A DNA stretch of 53,574 bases from Minisyncoccota bacterium. GTDB taxonomy: Bacteria; Patescibacteriota; Minisyncoccia; Phycocordibacterales; UBA9973. Below, piece by piece: positions 1 to 7,189 of this stretch. The notes beneath the pieces are model-generated. The model was not told the DNA's origin, made no database searches, and saw only the letters and a list, made by a program, of their open reading frames with translations. The stretch lies in NCBI GenBank assembly GCA_017991915.1, contig JAGOPQ010000002.1, positions 1 through 53,574 of the forward strand. Direction: 5' to 3'. Both the position numbers and the translations under genes were made by a program. Position 1 is the first letter of the stretch, and the number at the start of each line of letters is the position of its first letter.

Positions 1-2
1 CT

Positions 3-179
3 ACCAGCCTTATCTGCCTCCCCGAATATTACGAAAATGGATTTGATGACTTAACTTAGAACCTATCGACCCCCATTAAGCCAGTTTTGATGATTGTGAT
101 GGGATTTTTAGTTGGATTTGTAGCAATATCCATCATCACTCCAATTTACAGCATCACCCAACACTTAACTCCAAAATAA
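3..179 (+). pseudogene. pilC: C-terminal end of a PilC/GspF-family type IV pilus platform protein, cut by the window edge and interrupted by an in-frame TAG at 57-59
   Basis: Frame 3 reads ..LPEYYENGFDDLT*NLSTPIKPVLMIVMGFLVGFVAISIITPIYSITQHLTPK*. This is colinear without gaps with the conserved PilC C-terminus (FY.xEVD..L..L.EP.....G....PI[FY]). It lies directly upstream of four pilin-like genes. Confidence 0.55.
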
Positions 180-183
180 TTCG

Positions 184-636
184 ATGAAATTTTCACACAA
201 CAATAGAGGATTTACATTCATAGAAATTTTAGTAGTTTTGGCATTGTTGACCGTAGTACTTGGTTTTGGTTCCTTTGTAGATTTGAGTGCTTTCCGCACT
301 GATACTTTTCGCGCCGAAGAATACACCATCACCGCAATCTTAGAAAAAGCACGCAGTCGAGCTATGGCCAACATAAATGAGACCCCTCATGGTGTTTGCT
401 ACATCGCTCCCAATTACGTAATTTTTGAAGGCAGTAACTGCACAGCTATGGGAAGTGAACTTATTCCGGCCAATCAAAATATTGCCTCTCTGTCTGATTT
501 TGCAAATATGTCCAAATTTCCTAAATTTGTTTTTACCCAGCTCTCTGGTAGAACCACCGGAGCTACCATAGCCATAACCGATGGAATAAAAAATACCAGC
601 ATAGCAATAAACAATGAGGGCACAATCAATTGGTAA
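184..636 (+). CDS. Prepilin-type N-terminal cleavage/methylation domain protein (minor pilin/pseudopilin)
   Basis: The N-terminus is MKFSHNNRG|FTFIEILVVLALLTVVLGFG, i.e. the G-F-T-x-x-E prepilin motif followed by a hydrophobic helix. It sits in a pilin operon. Confidence 0.8.
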   Translation: MKFSHNNRGFTFIEILVVLALLTVVLGFGSFVDLSAFRTDTFRAEEYTITAILEKARSRAMANINETPHGVCYIAPNYVIFEGSNCTAMGSELIPANQNIASLSDFANMSKFPKFVFTQLSGRTTGATIAITDGIKNTSIAINNEGTINW

Positions 637-2170
637 AAACTCAAAGCAAGGTTTTGCAACTTTAGAAATATTGATTGCTTTTGCTGTGGTTATTTTGTGC
701 ATCAGCGCAGTGGTTTTGGTTGCTTTTAGTAATCAATCTATTGCCCTAGATTCAGAGGCAAGCAATGAAGCAATATCTAAGGCTCAGGCTGGACTTGAGC
801 TCGCCCGAGCCAATTCGAGATTGGATTTTAATTTAGTAAACCCCTCTATCGCCACCGAACAAAGTGGATCTCTCGCATACACAAAAAATATTGACGTAAC
901 CCAAATCGATTTATTTACGAAAAAAGTAACCTCTATTGTTTCTTGGCAAATGGCTGGTAGAACTCTGTCTACAATGCTCACAACTCTACTGACAAACAAA
1001 GAAGCCGTGGCGGGTGGTGACACTTGTAGTTCTGTACCTGTTGGAGATTGGACTAACCCAAAAATTATACCTCCGGGGGGTTACGAATTTGGAAGTGATA
1101 TTCTAAATGATACTTCTAGCGGCTTCCCCATTACCTCTATTCAAGCTTTTAACCACAAAATGTATGTCACCGTAAACAATAGTAACGGAAACAATCCAGG
1201 GACTTTTTTTATACTTGATATTTCCAACCCAGAACAAAAGCCAATCCTATTAAGCCCAACTTCATTCGACAACTCTACTGTAGGAGAAGGGCTTAACGCT
1301 GTCGCCATAGATGGAAATGGTTACGCTTATGTAGCAAATGGTTACACTAGCGCATCAGCCAATTGTGTACAAAATCATAATTGTGCTCAACTTCAAGTAA
1401 TCAACATCGACATCCCCGCAAACCCAGTAATCGTAAAAAACTTTAAAATTCCAAGCATCACCACGGGAAATAAACTCGCTTACGGAACAAGTATTTTTTA
1501 CAGAAAAGGCATAGTTTATTTAGGCTTAGCAAAAGCCAACAATGTAAGTAATGAATTTTACGTAATAGATGTTGGAGGAGCAGGTAGTGGTAACCCAACC
1601 AATCCAGTTATTATGGACAGTGCCAAAATAGATAACGGAATTAATGCAATATATGTTAATGGAAAATACGCTTATGTAGCATCTCCGAACGACGAAGAGT
1701 TGAAAATTTTTGACGTTAGTAGACCAGAAGATATTGGAGAGGTCGGTCGCTTTAATGCACCAGGGGGTGGAGTAAACAATGGAAATGGTAAAAGTTTATA
1801 CTTAGTGGGTGATAAGCTCTATCTTGGGCGTACACTATTAAATGGTGATGAATTTTACATTCTTAATAACTCTAGCCCAGAAAGCACTTTGCAAAGTTTG
1901 GGCTCTAAAAACATACAAAATAGCGGGAGTAATACAAGTGTAAATGGAATTATAGTTCGTGACAACCTTGCTTTTCTAATTACAAACAAAGAATTTCAGA
2001 TCTGGAACATATCTAACCCGTCAAACATAACACCTTATACAAACCCAATTACCCTACCTCCTGGAAGTGGACAACAAGGAACTGCCTCTGACTGTGAGGG
2101 TAATTATATTTTTGTGGGATCTAAAAGCTCTAACAATAAAGGGTACATCTCAATAATAACTTCAAACTAA
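614..2170 (+). CDS. Pilin-like N-terminus fused to a multi-blade LVIVD-type beta-propeller (candidate pilus tip/adhesin subunit)
   Basis: The N-terminus carries GFATLEILIAFAVVILCI. About seven repeats of the pattern [YF]A[YF]VA..(x)..L.I.D[IV]S.P follow (e.g. KYAYVASPNDEELKIFDVSRPED, GYAYVANGY...LQVINIDIPANP, NLAFLITNKEFQIWNISNPSN). Confidence 0.7.
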   Translation: MRAQSIGKNSKQGFATLEILIAFAVVILCISAVVLVAFSNQSIALDSEASNEAISKAQAGLELARANSRLDFNLVNPSIATEQSGSLAYTKNIDVTQIDLFTKKVTSIVSWQMAGRTLSTMLTTLLTNKEAVAGGDTCSSVPVGDWTNPKIIPPGGYEFGSDILNDTSSGFPITSIQAFNHKMYVTVNNSNGNNPGTFFILDISNPEQKPILLSPTSFDNSTVGEGLNAVAIDGNGYAYVANGYTSASANCVQNHNCAQLQVINIDIPANPVIVKNFKIPSITTGNKLAYGTSIFYRKGIVYLGLAKANNVSNEFYVIDVGGAGSGNPTNPVIMDSAKIDNGINAIYVNGKYAYVASPNDEELKIFDVSRPEDIGEVGRFNAPGGGVNNGNGKSLYLVGDKLYLGRTLLNGDEFYILNNSSPESTLQSLGSKNIQNSGSNTSVNGIIVRDNLAFLITNKEFQIWNISNPSNITPYTNPITLPPGSGQQGTASDCEGNYIFVGSKSSNNKGYISIITSN

Positions 2171-2171
2171 T

Positions 2172-2630
2172 ATGAAAAAAGGATTTACTTTAATAGAAAC
2201 TCTTATATACATAGCTCTTTTTTCTTTGTTGCTTGGTGGGGCTTTTGTTATAACCTATCAACTCATAGAGAGTTCGGGAAAATTAAGTATAAAAAATACT
2301 ATTCAAAATGAAGGAAATTTTGTAATGCGAAAACTTAGCTGGGCACTCACTGGAGTAGATTACACAATCACCACCACACCAACATCTGGAAATTCACCCA
2401 CCAATAGATTAGTCGTAACAAAATACAACGGAAACAAAATTACCATGCAATTAAATGGAACAAAAATAGAAATGAAAGAAAGCGCAAATGACAACACGTT
2501 TCTAGCAATAACCACAGACAATGTCGTAGTTTCCAGTTTAAGTTTTCAATACGAAACATTAGGAGGCATCACAGCTACGGCTATCATAGATGGAGTTACT
2601 TTCACCACCACAAAATATTTTAGAAAATGA
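2172..2630 (+). CDS. Prepilin-type N-terminal domain protein (minor pilin/pseudopilin)
   Basis: The N-terminus is MKKG|FTLIETLIYIALFSLLLGGAF. The stop overlaps the next start (ATGA). Confidence 0.8.
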   Translation: MKKGFTLIETLIYIALFSLLLGGAFVITYQLIESSGKLSIKNTIQNEGNFVMRKLSWALTGVDYTITTTPTSGNSPTNRLVVTKYNGNKITMQLNGTKIEMKESANDNTFLAITTDNVVVSSLSFQYETLGGITATAIIDGVTFTTTKYFRK

Positions 2631-3028
2631 TTAACTTAAATTATAAAAATAATAATGGATTTATTGCTTTGATATCTGCAATCATTATTTCAGTCGTACT
2701 TTTGTTGGTCATCACCAATCTTAGTCTTACTGGATTTTATAATCGTTTTAATATTTTAGATTCAGAGTTAAAGGAACGAAGTTCTGCATTAGCAGAATCC
2801 TGTGTAGATATTGTATTACTTATACTGGCACAAAATCCAGCGTATACGGGCAATCAAACCATCACAGTAATTGATGGTGATACATGCACTATTAAATCAA
2901 TAACACCAAGTTCTAATCCCATTATCATAGACACCAAAGCTGTATTTAAAAAAGCCACCACCAACCTAAATGTAAAGGTAACTAAATCAACTCTATTTAT
3001 AGAATCTTGGGAAGAAGTAGCTAATTAG
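2627..3028 (+). CDS. Pilin-like protein lacking the Glu5 (PilX/GspK-style minor pilin)
   Basis: The N-terminus carries NNNGFIALISAIIISVVLLLVITNL with no acidic residue at +5. It is the last gene of the pilin operon. Confidence 0.55.
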   Translation: MINLNYKNNNGFIALISAIIISVVLLLVITNLSLTGFYNRFNILDSELKERSSALAESCVDIVLLILAQNPAYTGNQTITVIDGDTCTIKSITPSSNPIIIDTKAVFKKATTNLNVKVTKSTLFIESWEEVAN

Positions 3029-3060
3029 GTTTAAGTTTTGGAAATTCTTGCTTAGTTATT

Positions 3061-4008
3061 CTATATTTTCACTCCGATTTTTTCACGTATCTCCTCCATT
3101 TTTTGAGATGCTACAGCTTTGGCCTTTTCTCCGCCAGCTTTTAGGATGGCTAAAGCTTTTGGGATATCTTTTTCAAATTCTGCTCGGCGTTCACGCATAG
3201 GAGCGATAAACTTCTCCAAGTCTTCTATAAGTAGTTCTTTTAGTTCCTTGTACTTCCCTGCCTTTTCTTCATAAATTTTCTTAAGCTCGCTTTCAGGGCG
3301 GACTAGTTTGTGGATGGCGTATACATTTTGTGGAAGTTCCCCACTGGAGTCAGTGACTATACTCATCACGCATTTCTTTATCTCTTCATACGAAGCGAAT
3401 AGTGGAATAGTATTACCGTAACTTTTGCTCATCTTGCGTCCGTCGGTGCCTGGGACAATGGCTACATCTTTCATGATCATTGGTTCTGGTAGTTTAAATG
3501 TCTCTCCATAAACGTTGTTGAACTTCAGGGCTATGTCTCTGGTTATTTCGACATGTTGTTTTTGGTCAGCCCCCACTGGCACAATATCTGGGCCATAAAT
3601 CAAAATATCTGAAGCCATTAAGACTGGGTAGTTGAAAGTTCCGACATCTATCTCTTTGTTTTTAGCTTCGGCATCTTTGAAAGCATGCGCGCGCATCAAG
3701 TACGGCATAGTGGTGATGGTATCAAAAATCCAGCAGAGTTCTGTGTGCTCGGAAATATCGGATTGTTTAAAGATGGTAACTTTTTTAGGATCCAAGCCAA
3801 TAGCTAGGAAATCCAAAAGTACGGCGATGATATTTTCTCGCATCTCTTTGGGATTTTGTAAGGAATGCAGGGCATGATAGTCCACGATGATGACATAACC
3901 CTCGTGTTCATTTTGCAATTCTACAAACTGCTTCATTGCGCCGAAATAATTGCCAATATGAGGTTTTCCTGAAGGCTGAACGCCTGAAACGAATGTCTTT
4001 TTAGCCAT
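3061..4008 (-). CDS. trpS: Tryptophan--tRNA ligase
   Basis: Class I aaRS motifs HIGNY and KMSKS are present, and the protein is colinear with TrpRS over 315 aa. Confidence 0.95.
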   Translation of the reverse strand: MAKKTFVSGVQPSGKPHIGNYFGAMKQFVELQNEHEGYVIIVDYHALHSLQNPKEMRENIIAVLLDFLAIGLDPKKVTIFKQSDISEHTELCWIFDTITTMPYLMRAHAFKDAEAKNKEIDVGTFNYPVLMASDILIYGPDIVPVGADQKQHVEITRDIALKFNNVYGETFKLPEPMIMKDVAIVPGTDGRKMSKSYGNTIPLFASYEEIKKCVMSIVTDSSGELPQNVYAIHKLVRPESELKKIYEEKAGKYKELKELLIEDLEKFIAPMRERRAEFEKDIPKALAILKAGGEKAKAVASQKMEEIREKIGVKI

Positions 4009-4014
4009 GAATAA

Positions 4015-4023
4015 ATATTATCA
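4015..4023 (-). promoter_or_regulatory. Extended -10 box (TGaTAATAT) 6 nt upstream of the trpS ATG; predicted leaderless mRNA
   Basis: The minus strand reads acaaataTGaTAATATttattcATG. No SD motif is present. Confidence 0.5.
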
Positions 4024-4092
4024 TATTTGTCCACATTTTAATAACATATTTATTCTTTTTTGGCTTTGACTATTTCCCCGCTATGTTAGAGA

Positions 4093-5523
4093 ATGACTGA
4101 TATGGCTAAGAACACAAATAATAGAGAGGTTCCCAAAACTCCAAGAAATAAAGATATTCGCATTCCTCCTCAGAACATAGAATCCGAACAAGCAGTGTTG
4201 GGCTCTATCATGCTACGCAAGGATGCTATGCATGAAGTGGAAGACATGATCACTCAAGATTCTTTTTATGTAGAAAAACATAAAATGATTTTCCGAGCCA
4301 TGCTAGACCTAGCCAACAAAAATGAACCGATAGATATGTTGTCTTTGTCTGCAAAATTGCGCGAACAAAAGTTGCTAGATGCAGTAGGTGGTAGTCAGTA
4401 CCTAGCGGAAATAGTGAATGTGGTTCCCTCTTCTACAAATATAAAGCACTATGCAGACATAGTGCAGAAGAAATATGTCCTCCGAAGTTTGATTGAAGCT
4501 GCGGACTATGTGTCTGAGTTGGCCTTTGAAGAAGGCGACGACCACATGGATGACATCTTAGATCTAGCTGAGAAAAGAATGTTCAACGCAGTGTCTTCTC
4601 CGAAGAATCAAAAATATGTAAACATGAAAGACGCTCTACCTGAAGCTTGGGAGCGTTTAGAAAAACTTCACGAGAACAAAGGTATGATTCGTGGACTTGA
4701 GACTGGATTCCGAGATTTGGATGGATTGCTTTCTGGTTTTCAAAAATCAGACTTGATCATCCTAGCTGCGCGACCTTCTATGGGTAAGACTACTCTAGCG
4801 CTAGACATAGCTCGTATGTCTGCAGTCAATCATGACAAGTCTATAGTTATCTTTTCTCTGGAAATGTCCTCTCAACAACTTGTAGACAGAATGCTCTCTG
4901 CACAGTCTCGCGTGAACGCTTGGAATTTGCGTACCGGAAACCTTTCTTCTGACCGAGACTTCTCACAGCTCCGTGACTCCTTGGACAAACTAGCCAAGGC
5001 AAAAATTTATATCGATGATCAACCAGGAAACTCTATCACTAGAATGAAAGCGCTCTGTCGCCGATTGAAAATAGAAAAAGGCTTGGACATGATTGTGGTG
5101 GACTACCTCCAGCTCATGAGTACTTCCAAGAATTATGATTCTATGGTCAACCAAGTTACAGAAATTTCTAGATCATTGAAGAGTTTGGCGAAAGAACTCG
5201 ATGTGCCAGTCCTGGCATTGTCACAGCTTTCTCGTGCGGTGGAATCCCGTGGAGGTAAGCCTCGCCTTTCTGACCTTCGTGACTCTGGATCTATCGAACA
5301 GGATGCGGACGTGGTGATGTTTATTCATCGTGAAGATTGGGGCAAGGAACCATCCGAGAAAACCGGTATCGCGGAAATATTAGTGGAGAAGCACCGCAAT
5401 GGTCCAGTCGGTAAAGTAGATTTACACTTTGATGAAAAAACTACAACCTTCCTAACTCTTGAAAAGAGTAGCATTAGTGAATTTGCTCCACGTAAAGTTG
5501 GTGGAGAACTAGACGCCTTTTAA
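4093..5523 (+). CDS. dnaB: Replicative DNA helicase DnaB
   Basis: The protein has IPPQNIESEQAVLGSIM at the N-terminus, Walker A (ARPSMGKTT), IVVDYLQLM and SQLSR motifs. The start may instead be the ATG at 4102. Confidence 0.95.
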   Translation: MTDMAKNTNNREVPKTPRNKDIRIPPQNIESEQAVLGSIMLRKDAMHEVEDMITQDSFYVEKHKMIFRAMLDLANKNEPIDMLSLSAKLREQKLLDAVGGSQYLAEIVNVVPSSTNIKHYADIVQKKYVLRSLIEAADYVSELAFEEGDDHMDDILDLAEKRMFNAVSSPKNQKYVNMKDALPEAWERLEKLHENKGMIRGLETGFRDLDGLLSGFQKSDLIILAARPSMGKTTLALDIARMSAVNHDKSIVIFSLEMSSQQLVDRMLSAQSRVNAWNLRTGNLSSDRDFSQLRDSLDKLAKAKIYIDDQPGNSITRMKALCRRLKIEKGLDMIVVDYLQLMSTSKNYDSMVNQVTEISRSLKSLAKELDVPVLALSQLSRAVESRGGKPRLSDLRDSGSIEQDADVVMFIHREDWGKEPSEKTGIAEILVEKHRNGPVGKVDLHFDEKTTTFLTLEKSSISEFAPRKVGGELDAF

Positions 5524-5535
5524 ATAAGGAAATTG

Positions 5536-5544
5536 TGCTAAACT
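5536..5544 (+). promoter_or_regulatory. Extended -10 box (TGcTAAACT) 7 nt upstream of the recR ATG
   Basis: The sequence reads attgTGcTAAACTggagaccATG. Confidence 0.45.
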
Positions 5545-5551
5545 GGAGACC

Positions 5552-6157
5552 ATGAATCCCATAGAGAAGCTTACTGAAATCTTTAAAGAATTCCCCGGTA
5601 TCGGAGAACGACAAGCCAAGCGGTTTGTGTACTTTTTGATGTTTCGGAATGGCACCTACGCCGAAAATCTGGCTAGGCTGGTACTCGAGCTTAAAAAAGA
5701 AGTGGCTCAATGTAAGGAGTGCTATAGATTTTTCATAATCAAAAATGGCAAAGCTTCCACTTGTGAAATTTGCTCAAATGTAAACGTAGACTCATCCGAA
5801 CTCATGATTGTAGAAAAAGACTCTGATCTAGAGAGTATTGAAAAGAGCCGAGTCTACCATGGTAAATATTTTATATTAGGTGGTTTGGTTCCAGTGGTAG
5901 AGAAAGACACCAAGAGTCGAGTGCGCATAGAAGAATTGAAAAATAAAATCAAAAAAGATAGTGGCGAATTAAAGGAAGTAATACTCGCCTTCTCGCTATC
6001 CCCACAAGGTGAACATACTGACCAATATGTGCGTGAACAACTGGCCGACATAACTGGAATCAAAATCTCTTCCCTCGGTCGCGGACTGTCTACTGGTACG
6101 GAGCTAGAGTATTCTGACAACGAGACTCTGCGCAATGCCTTAAAGAACAGACAATAA
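5552..6157 (+). CDS. recR: Recombination protein RecR
   Basis: The protein has an FPGIGERQAKR helix-hairpin-helix, a C4 zinc finger (CKECYRF...CEIC) and a Toprim-like C-terminal part. Confidence 0.93.
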   Translation: MNPIEKLTEIFKEFPGIGERQAKRFVYFLMFRNGTYAENLARLVLELKKEVAQCKECYRFFIIKNGKASTCEICSNVNVDSSELMIVEKDSDLESIEKSRVYHGKYFILGGLVPVVEKDTKSRVRIEELKNKIKKDSGELKEVILAFSLSPQGEHTDQYVREQLADITGIKISSLGRGLSTGTELEYSDNETLRNALKNRQ

Positions 6158-6161
6158 AAAT

Positions 6162-6196
6162 AAAAACCCTCTGTGTTTAGCAGGGGGCTTTTATTT
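6162..6196. terminator. Bidirectional intrinsic terminator between convergent recR and rplU
   Basis: The stem is ccctctg / caggggg (7 bp, one G.U) with loop tgtttag. An A-run precedes it and a T-run follows. Confidence 0.6.
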
Positions 6197-6197
6197 T

Positions 6198-6524
6198 TTA
6201 GTTTATAGAAGTTATTTTTACTTTAAAGAATGGTTGACGGTGTCCGTTTCTTCGTAGGTAGCGGGACTTTTGCTTGTATTTCATAACTAGGAGTTTTCGA
6301 GCGCGTCCGATTTCTACGATTTCAGCATCTACCTTTGCACCATCGATATATGGGGTGCCGATAGTGGTGTCCTTGCCGTCATCTACCAATAGAACCTTGT
6401 CAAAAGAGATCTTGTCCCCTTTTTCAAATTTCTTCTGACCTTCCTTGATTTTCTCAATAGAAACAAGGCCTCCCTTGGAGACTTTGTATTGCTTTCCGCC
6501 TGTTTGTATTACTGCAAATTCCAT
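6198..6524 (-). CDS. rplU: 50S ribosomal protein L21
   Basis: The N-terminus MEFAVIQTGGKQYKV matches L21. I chose the start at 6524 because a -35/-10 promoter sits immediately upstream. Confidence 0.9.
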   Translation of the reverse strand: MEFAVIQTGGKQYKVSKGGLVSIEKIKEGQKKFEKGDKISFDKVLLVDDGKDTTIGTPYIDGAKVDAEIVEIGRARKLLVMKYKQKSRYLRRNGHRQPFFKVKITSIN

Positions 6525-6531
6525 ACGCCTT

Positions 6532-6560
6532 ATACTATATGATTTTTTTATAAAATGCAA
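6532..6560 (-). promoter_or_regulatory. Sigma70-type promoter TTGCAT-17-TAGTAT, 7 nt upstream of the rplU ATG (leaderless)
   Basis: The minus strand reads TTGCATtttataaaaaaatcataTAGTATaaggcgtATG. Confidence 0.55.
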
Positions 6561-6580
6561 GTTTTTTGGTCTAAAACTGA

Positions 6581-6620
6581 GAAAGCCATCCGAAGAGCGG
6601 ATAGCTCCCCAGATGGCTTC
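6581..6620 (-). terminator. Hairpin terminator of GC-island gene 1
   Basis: The minus strand reads GAAGCCATC..(loop containing ATCCG-CTCTT-CGGAT)..GATGGCTTT, then tctcagtttta. The hairpin starts at the stop codon. Confidence 0.5.
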
Positions 6621-7038
6621 AGATTTTATTCGTGGTTCCCGTACTTCGGAACCGATCGATGTCTCCCCGCACTTCCGGGATGAGGGTGGTGACCCCTTCC
6701 GTCAGGGCTGGTAGAGCAAGCCGCACCCTCAATGCAAGCTCCAAGCCTTGAATTCTCGAAGATTTCGTCATGCTGGTAACGCAGACTACGTTGGATTCGA
6801 TGGTGCACCAGACCTGTGTGTTGGAGCGATTTTCCACCCACCACGACAGGTTCTCAAACTCCGCCAGCTTCATGCGTCTGCCGTCCCAATCGATACTGTC
6901 GGGCCCCTTCCAGCCGAGATGCCGACCAGAAGCCTTGATGAGGAAACGAATGTACTTAACAATTTGTCTTTGGATCTCGTCCATCGTGTCCGACATCCCC
7001 AACACTTCGTCCACCATCACAACATAGTCCGGGTCCAC
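6619..7038 (-). CDS. Orphan 139-aa protein on GC-rich island 1 (GTG start, strong SD), family not recognised
   Basis: AGGAGG lies 5 nt upstream of the GTG at 7038. Third codon positions are mostly G/C in this frame (19 of the first 26). Composition differs sharply from the flanks. Confidence 0.6.
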   Translation of the reverse strand: MDPDYVVMVDEVLGMSDTMDEIQRQIVKYIRFLIKASGRHLGWKGPDSIDWDGRRMKLAEFENLSWWVENRSNTQVWCTIESNVVCVTSMTKSSRIQGLELALRVRLALPALTEGVTTLIPEVRGDIDRFRSTGTTNKI

Positions 7039-7056
7039 GGCTCCCTCCTGAGGGAT

Positions 7057-7091
7057 AGCCCACTAGGGCTTGGTTGTGAGCCACTAGGCTC
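7057..7091 (-). promoter_or_regulatory. Two tandem 5-bp GC stems with identical TAGT loops in the 5' leader of island gene 1
   Basis: The mRNA sense reads GAGCC-TAGT-GGCTC (7091-7078) and AGCCC-TAGT-GGGCT (7070-7057). Their centres are about 21 nt apart, between the predicted TSS and the SD. Confidence 0.5.
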
Positions 7092-7109
7092 GTGAGGTAC
7101 CTCGAAAAC

Positions 7110-7138
7110 ATTATGTCACAAATAAACCAACTAATCAA
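7110..7138 (-). promoter_or_regulatory. Sigma70-type promoter TTGATT-17-CATAAT with TG extension, driving island gene 1
   Basis: The minus strand reads TTGATTagttggtttatttgTGaCATAAT. The predicted leader is about 65 nt. Confidence 0.55.
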
Positions 7139-7174
7139 TAGTCATAAAAAGTACTTTGTTATGCTTTGGATTTT

Positions 7175-7183
7175 TGCTACAAT
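7175..7183 (+). promoter_or_regulatory. Extended -10 box (TGcTACAAT) 6 nt upstream of the transporter ATG (leaderless)
   Basis: The sequence reads tttTGcTACAATattcatATG. Confidence 0.5.
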
Positions 7184-7189
7184 ATTCAT

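Noticed and set aside
2627-2630. I considered an alternative genetic code with UGA reassigned to Gly or Trp, as in some CPR lineages (Gracilibacteria/Absconditabacteria).
   Set aside because: TGA terminates full-length conserved or well-delimited ORFs here, for example the ATGA overlaps at 2627-2630 and 49500-49503. All housekeeping proteins translate to normal length with the standard bacterial code.
4066-4095. A possible dnaB promoter: TTGACT at 4066-4071 with TATGTT at 4082-4087.
   Set aside because: The spacer is only 10 nt, so the two boxes cannot act together. I leave the dnaB promoter uncalled.
6581-7100. I considered that the GC-rich islands are structured ncRNAs (RNase P RNA, tmRNA, SRP RNA, a group I/II intron or a large orphan RNA), since ncRNAs are typically GC-rich in AT-rich genomes.
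   Set aside because: - I looked for RNase P P4-type GAGGAAAGUCC, a tmRNA tRNA-like 3' end (GGUUCGA..CCACCA) and group II domain V-like hairpins, and found none.
- All islands contain SD-led ORFs with GC3 bias, and one has clear protein homology.
- The idea is not fully excluded for the leaders and the 3' UTRs. An Infernal/Rfam scan would settle it.
6626-7138. Several long ORFs overlap island gene 1 on both strands: 6748-7095 (+), 6770-7027 (+), 6626-6844 (-) and 6956-7138 (-).
   Set aside because: They are expected by-products of high GC, which depletes stop codons. Their products are Arg/His/Ser-rich, and none has an SD or a promoter. Only the 6619-7038 minus frame has AGGAGG upstream and G/C-biased third positions.
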